This document shows, piece after piece, positions 59,762 to 64,000 of a stretch of DNA of 64,000 bases. The translations under genes were made by a program, and so were the position numbers. Origin of the DNA: an uncultured Thermodesulfobacteriota bacterium (GTDB taxonomy: Bacteria > Desulfobacterota > BSN033 > WVXP01). The notes below the pieces were generated by a model. It did not search any database. It was not told the DNA's origin and saw only the letters and a program-made list of their open reading frames with translations. How positions within the stretch are numbered: the stretch's first letter is position 1; the number at the start of each line of letters is the position of its first letter. The DNA lies in assembly GCA_964348185.1 (NCBI GenBank), contig CAYGBW010000093.1, positions 7,963-71,962 on the forward strand, in the 5' to 3' direction.

Positions 59762-61054
59762 ATGAAAAGAGAGCCGTTCTCCTATGTGGGCCGTTCTGTC
59801 CCCAAGGTAGATGCTCTCGATAAAGTCCTGGGAAGAGCGGTCTATTCAGAGGATATCTCCTTCCCCAACATGCTCTACGGCCGGGTATTGAGGGCCGGGA
59901 TTCCCCACGCCATGATAGAAGCAGTTGATGTTAGGGGTGCAAAGGCCTTGGGCGGGGTTGTTTGCGTCCTGACGTCAAAGGATATACCCGGGCGTAATCG
60001 CTATGGTATTGCCTTTCAAGACCAACTTGCTTTGGCCGAGGACAGGGTTCGCTATATTGGGGATCCCGTGGCCCTGGTGGCAGCAGAGACCGAAGAGATC
60101 GCCAGAGATGCCATCAAAGCCATTCGGGTGAGATACAGGGAGCTCCCTGTGGTAACGAATCCCCATGAAGGCCTTGCCGAGGGTGCCCCCAAGATCCATG
60201 AGAAAGGGAATCTGATTCTTCACGGCAAGACGCGAAAGGGCAACGTGGAGGTGGGGTTCCAACAGGCCGATGTGATTGTTGAGAACACCTACCGGACCCA
60301 TGTCGTCGATCATGCCTACATCGAGACGGAATCGGGGGTGGGCAGCGTGGATTCTCAGGGGAATATCGTGATTTGGTCCGCCAACCAGTGCCCCTTTCGA
60401 GATCGCCGGCAGGTGGCTGTTGTTCTTGGAGTGAGGGAGAACAGAATTCGGGTCATCCGGGCAACGACAGGGGGGGGCTTTGGTGGAAAGGATGACGTCA
60501 CGGTAGAAATCCATATCGGTCTTTTGGTCCAGGCAACGGGGCGTCCTGTGCGGCTGGTGTTAGACAGAGAGGAATCGTTTTTATCGCAAACCAAGAGACA
60601 CGCCATAGAAATCTGGACCCGATGGGGAGCGACTCGGGAGGGTAAACTCTGCGCTATGGAAGGCCGGGTCTATGGGGACACGGGTGCCTATGCGGGATTG
60701 GGTCCATTTGTGGTTAAGAAATGTGGCATTCATCTATCGGGTCCCTACTCTATTCCCCATATAGAGGTGGATTCTTACTCTGTCTATACCAATAACATCA
60801 TCGCGAGTGCCATGCGGGGGTTTGGAGTCACCCAGGCGGCGGTGGCACACGAGGGGCAAATGGATGAAATGGCGAAAAAACTCGGGATTAACCCTTTGCG
60901 GTTTCGACTCATCAACGCCTTGGACGAGGGGCTTTCAACAGCAACGGGCCAGGTCTTCCATCAAGGTGTGGGGATCAAGGCAACCCTTGAAAAACTCAGA
61001 GACGTTGTCTTGAGTGATCTGTCTCTCCGAAGGTACTGGGAGGATCTGACATGA
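59762..61054 (+). CDS. Xanthine dehydrogenase-family molybdopterin-binding subunit, N-terminal part (NdhL-like)
   Basis: 430 aa with aldehyde oxidase/XDH a/b hammerhead and MoCo domain 1-2 motifs (GGGFGGK). Confidence 0.75.
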   Translation: MKREPFSYVGRSVPKVDALDKVLGRAVYSEDISFPNMLYGRVLRAGIPHAMIEAVDVRGAKALGGVVCVLTSKDIPGRNRYGIAFQDQLALAEDRVRYIGDPVALVAAETEEIARDAIKAIRVRYRELPVVTNPHEGLAEGAPKIHEKGNLILHGKTRKGNVEVGFQQADVIVENTYRTHVVDHAYIETESGVGSVDSQGNIVIWSANQCPFRDRRQVAVVLGVRENRIRVIRATTGGGFGGKDDVTVEIHIGLLVQATGRPVRLVLDREESFLSQTKRHAIEIWTRWGATREGKLCAMEGRVYGDTGAYAGLGPFVVKKCGIHLSGPYSIPHIEVDSYSVYTNNIIASAMRGFGVTQAAVAHEGQMDEMAKKLGINPLRFRLINALDEGLSTATGQVFHQGVGIKATLEKLRDVVLSDLSLRRYWEDLT

Positions 61055-62043
61055 AAAAGCGAGGAATCGGTGTGGGCTGTACGTTTTATGGCATTGGGTA
61101 CGGATTCTCTCGACCCGATATTTCTTCGGCGACGGTTGAAATCTGCGAAGATGGTTCGGTCATCATCCGTTCTGGAGAGGTGGATTATGGGCAGGGATCG
61201 GACACGATCTTTTGTCAGATGGTGGCTGAGGAACTCGGGATCAGGTATGCTGACATCCAGCTGATCACGGCCGATACTTTTGCGACCCCGAATGCGGGGC
61301 CCACTTCGGCCAGCCGGGTTACCTATGTTACCGGGAACGCCATGGTGAAGGCCTCCCGGGCTGTCAAGGCAACGCTCCAATCCGTTGCCGAGGAGATACT
61401 CGGTGAACAGGATCTCGTGTTTGTAGACGAAGAAATCCATTCGACTACCCACCTGGAAAAGAGCATTGCTTTTACGAAACTCGCAAAAGAATGCCACAAC
61501 CGAGGCCTTCAGATGGTCGAGACCGCGTGGCATGACGTCACAACAAAAGATGTGGATCCCGAAACCGGGCAGGGGGATGCCTATTCCACCTATGGGTGGG
61601 CCAGTCAACTTGCCGAGGTGGAGGTCGACACGGACACCGGAAAAGTTGAAGTGCTGCGGATCGTGGCGGCTCACGACGTGGGAAAGGCCATCAATCCCTC
61701 AAATGTGGAAGGGCAAATCGAAGGGGGTGCTGCCACGGGAATGGGATACGCTCTGACAGAAGAAATCGTGCAGGAGGGGGGCTATCTCAAGACCAAATCC
61801 CTGGGCGAGTACATGATTCCCACAAGCCTGGATGTGCCACCCATTGAGCCTCACATCATCGAGGTGCCGGTTTCCGGCGGGCCTTATGGAGCCAAGGGGG
61901 TAGGGGAACCTGCATTGATACCCACGGCACCTGCCATTTTGAATGCGATTTGCAATGCCCTCGACATTCGCATCACCGAACTTCCAGCCAACCTCGAAAA
62001 TCTCCATCGATTGATCCGAGAGAAGGAAGAAGGAACCCTCTGA
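61051..62043 (+). CDS. Xanthine dehydrogenase-family molybdopterin-binding subunit, C-terminal part (NdhM-like)
   Basis: 330 aa. Begins with ATGA overlap to the previous ORF and carries the C-terminal MoCo-domain motifs (GQIEGG, GVGE). Confidence 0.75.
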   Translation: MKKRGIGVGCTFYGIGYGFSRPDISSATVEICEDGSVIIRSGEVDYGQGSDTIFCQMVAEELGIRYADIQLITADTFATPNAGPTSASRVTYVTGNAMVKASRAVKATLQSVAEEILGEQDLVFVDEEIHSTTHLEKSIAFTKLAKECHNRGLQMVETAWHDVTTKDVDPETGQGDAYSTYGWASQLAEVEVDTDTGKVEVLRIVAAHDVGKAINPSNVEGQIEGGAATGMGYALTEEIVQEGGYLKTKSLGEYMIPTSLDVPPIEPHIIEVPVSGGPYGAKGVGEPALIPTAPAILNAICNALDIRITELPANLENLHRLIREKEEGTL

Positions 62044-62057
62044 GCAGGGGAGTCATC

Positions 62058-62912
62058 ATGCAGAGTTTCCAGTTTTACGCGCCCAAGTCCCTGGAGGAGG
62101 CCTTGACCTATATTTCCGAACGGGCCGGTCGATGCAAGATCATTGCAGGGGGTACGGATCTGATCCCAGCCCTCCGAAATGAAGACCTCCACCCCGAATT
62201 CCTTCTGGACATCTTGGAAATCGAGCAACTGAAGGGCATCACGGAGACGAATGGCGGGGTCAGAATCGGCCCGACAACAACGTTTACGGAAATCGTTGAA
62301 TCCGAAGTGTTAAAGTGCTTTCACCCGCTCCTCGTACAGGCAGCGTCTTGGGTCGGCGGGCCCCAGATAAGAAACAGAGGAACCATTGGCGGCAACATCG
62401 CTACGGCTTCCCCCGCGGCCGACGTGTTGCCTGCTGTTCTGGCCCTGGACGGGGAGCTGGAACTCCAGTCAAAAACATCGGGGTCACGAATCCTTCCGTT
62501 GGCCGACGCGGTTGAGTCTCCGTACATCAATCGCTTGAAGCCGGATGAAATCTTGACGGGAATTCTAATCAGGAAACTCCCCGGGGGAACGCGAAGCGGT
62601 TTTGAAAAACTCGGACGTCGAAATGCAATGGCCAGGGCACGAATGAATATGTCTGTGGTTGTCCGGGTAGATCCGGCCGGGGTAATCTCTGAATTGCGGA
62701 TCGTTCCTGGAGCGGTTATGCCCGTGGCAAGAAGGATGACCGATTCAGAGGGAATACTCTCGGGTAAGAAACCGGAGCAGCCTTTGATTGAGGCGGCTGC
62801 GGAATCATTGGCAGAAGGGATGGTCCGTGTCACAGGGGTCCGGTGGTCTACTGAATACAAAGTCCCCGTGATCAAAAACGTCTTCAAACGGGTTTTGAGA
62901 CCGTTGTTGTAG
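62058..62912 (+). CDS. FAD-binding subunit of molybdopterin dehydrogenase (CoxM/XdhB-like)
   Basis: MQSFQFYAPKSLEEAL...KIIAGGTDLIP FAD-binding PCMH-type domain. Confidence 0.8.
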   Translation: MQSFQFYAPKSLEEALTYISERAGRCKIIAGGTDLIPALRNEDLHPEFLLDILEIEQLKGITETNGGVRIGPTTTFTEIVESEVLKCFHPLLVQAASWVGGPQIRNRGTIGGNIATASPAADVLPAVLALDGELELQSKTSGSRILPLADAVESPYINRLKPDEILTGILIRKLPGGTRSGFEKLGRRNAMARARMNMSVVVRVDPAGVISELRIVPGAVMPVARRMTDSEGILSGKKPEQPLIEAAAESLAEGMVRVTGVRWSTEYKVPVIKNVFKRVLRPLL

Positions 62913-62941
62913 GAGCGTGAAGGGGGGAGGAAATACAGGAT

Positions 62942-63415
62942 ATGTCGTCCAGTATCAACAAGACAATGCTCCAGATGAAGGTGAATGGGAAAGAGGTCGA
63001 GGTGGCGGTCAAGGCGACATGGACTCTATTGCGGGTTCTTCGGGAAGAACTCGGGCTGACTGGAACGAAAAAGGGCTGCGGACAGGGGGATTGCGGTGCA
63101 TGCACGGTGATCATGGACGGAAAGGCGGTAAACGCCTGTCTGATTCTGGCCCTTCAGGCGGAATCGAAGGAGATTGAGACGATTGAAGGGCTCGGGACGC
63201 CCGATAACCTCCATCCCTTGCAGGAGAGTTTTATACAGAATGGGGCTGTTCAGTGCGGGTTTTGCACCTCTGGGATGTTGATGTCCGCGGTAGCGTTGCT
63301 GAGAGAAAACCCGAGTCCCACGGGTGACGAGATTAAAAGGGGAATCTCAGGGAATCTATGCCGGTGTACAGGATATGTGAAGATCATAGAGGCTATTCGC
63401 CGTGTGGCCAAATAG
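62942..63415 (+). CDS. (2Fe-2S)-binding subunit (CoxS-like)
   Basis: CGQGDCGACTV and CGFCTSGM...CRCTGY cysteine clusters. Confidence 0.85.
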   Translation: MSSSINKTMLQMKVNGKEVEVAVKATWTLLRVLREELGLTGTKKGCGQGDCGACTVIMDGKAVNACLILALQAESKEIETIEGLGTPDNLHPLQESFIQNGAVQCGFCTSGMLMSAVALLRENPSPTGDEIKRGISGNLCRCTGYVKIIEAIRRVAK

Positions 63416-63488
63416 GGGGGGAAACAGGTTTTATATGGGCCCACGTTATTCTTTGCGCATAATCCTTGGGGAAAGAGGAATCTGTATA

Positions 63489-63567
63489 TGTCGGGGCGGG
63501 CTTCATGCCCGCCCGCAGCGGCCCTTTTCATCGCGCTTTTCAGGCGGGCATAAAGCCCGCCCCGACA
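63489..63567. repeat. Long GC-rich hairpin: 25-bp stem with 1 mismatch, 29-nt loop
   Basis: tgtcggggcgggcttcatgcccgcc ... ggcgggcataaagcccgccccgaca, read directly. No U-tract follows on either strand. Confidence 0.5.
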
Positions 63568-63655
63568 GAGAAAAATCGCCTCCTTTGGATCATCTGCAGA
63601 TATTTCTGTCCCGATGTATAGATGGGTTTTCCCTATGAAAGAGAATGGTTGAGTC

Positions 63656-64000
63656 ATGAAATCGAGTGAAGAGAAGGGCGTTCTCAAACTCATCGACGAA
63701 AGACGGGATGGAATCGTCGAATTCTTGAAAAGACTCCTATCCTTTCCCAGCGTGACGGGAGAGGAGCTGGAAATTCAGAGATTCATCGCGAATAAACTGA
63801 AAACCCTGGGCCTTGACGTTGACATGTGGGAACCGGATCATGAGGAGCTGAAAGGGCACCCCGCTTATGTCCCTGTTGAACAGGGGTACGCGAATCGCCC
63901 CAATGTTGTGGGAACGTACAAAGGAACGGGAAAAGGAAAGTCCCTCCTTTTTAACGGCCATGTGGACGTCATTCCTCCTGGACCCTTGGATTCCTGGAAA
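63656..64000 (+). CDS. M20-family peptidase / ArgE-DapE-like deacylase (5' partial, runs off window)
   Basis: MKSSEEKGVLKLIDERRDGIVEFLKRLLSFPSVTGEE...LLFNGHVDVIPPG (HxD metal site). Confidence 0.7.
   Translation, partial: MKSSEEKGVLKLIDERRDGIVEFLKRLLSFPSVTGEELEIQRFIANKLKTLGLDVDMWEPDHEELKGHPAYVPVEQGYANRPNVVGTYKGTGKGKSLLFNGHVDVIPPGPLDSWK

Overview
This is a GC-rich (~58%) bacterial chromosomal segment, densely coding on both strands. Several lines of evidence point to a selenocysteine-using anaerobe. selA (selenocysteine synthase) lies next to fdhE and a B12-binding radical SAM gene. Upstream of these is a 5'-nucleotidase-like lipoprotein gene interrupted by a single in-frame TGA in a Cys-Pro-Thr-TGA-Gly (CxxU) context, followed by a GGUC-loop hairpin. 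Other recognisable content: nifU-nifS, a peptidoglycan-recycling-like nucleotidyltransferase/kinase pair, and a sigma-54 activator. There is a long minus-strand type II secretion operon (isochorismatase, gspC, gspD, a ParA-like ATPase, gspE, F, G, H, I, J, K, then Nudix) that begins with a truncated tatD remnant and lacks gspL/M. The window also holds ABC-F, a hybrid histidine kinase, an M23 peptidase/bactofilin pair, a PurN-like/HAD-like/PfkB cluster, a BMP-type ABC transporter, and a xanthine-dehydrogenase-family enzyme whose Mo subunit is split in two ORFs (NdhL/NdhM-like). I saw no rRNA, tRNA, CRISPR or obvious transposase. Non-coding structure worth noting: a ~100-nt intergenic element present twice with a compensatory hairpin change; AT-rich palindromic TTCGAA-type repeat islands between convergent genes, one with a perfect 25-bp inverted repeat flanking ~265 bp; and a 25-bp GC-rich hairpin after the dehydrogenase operon.
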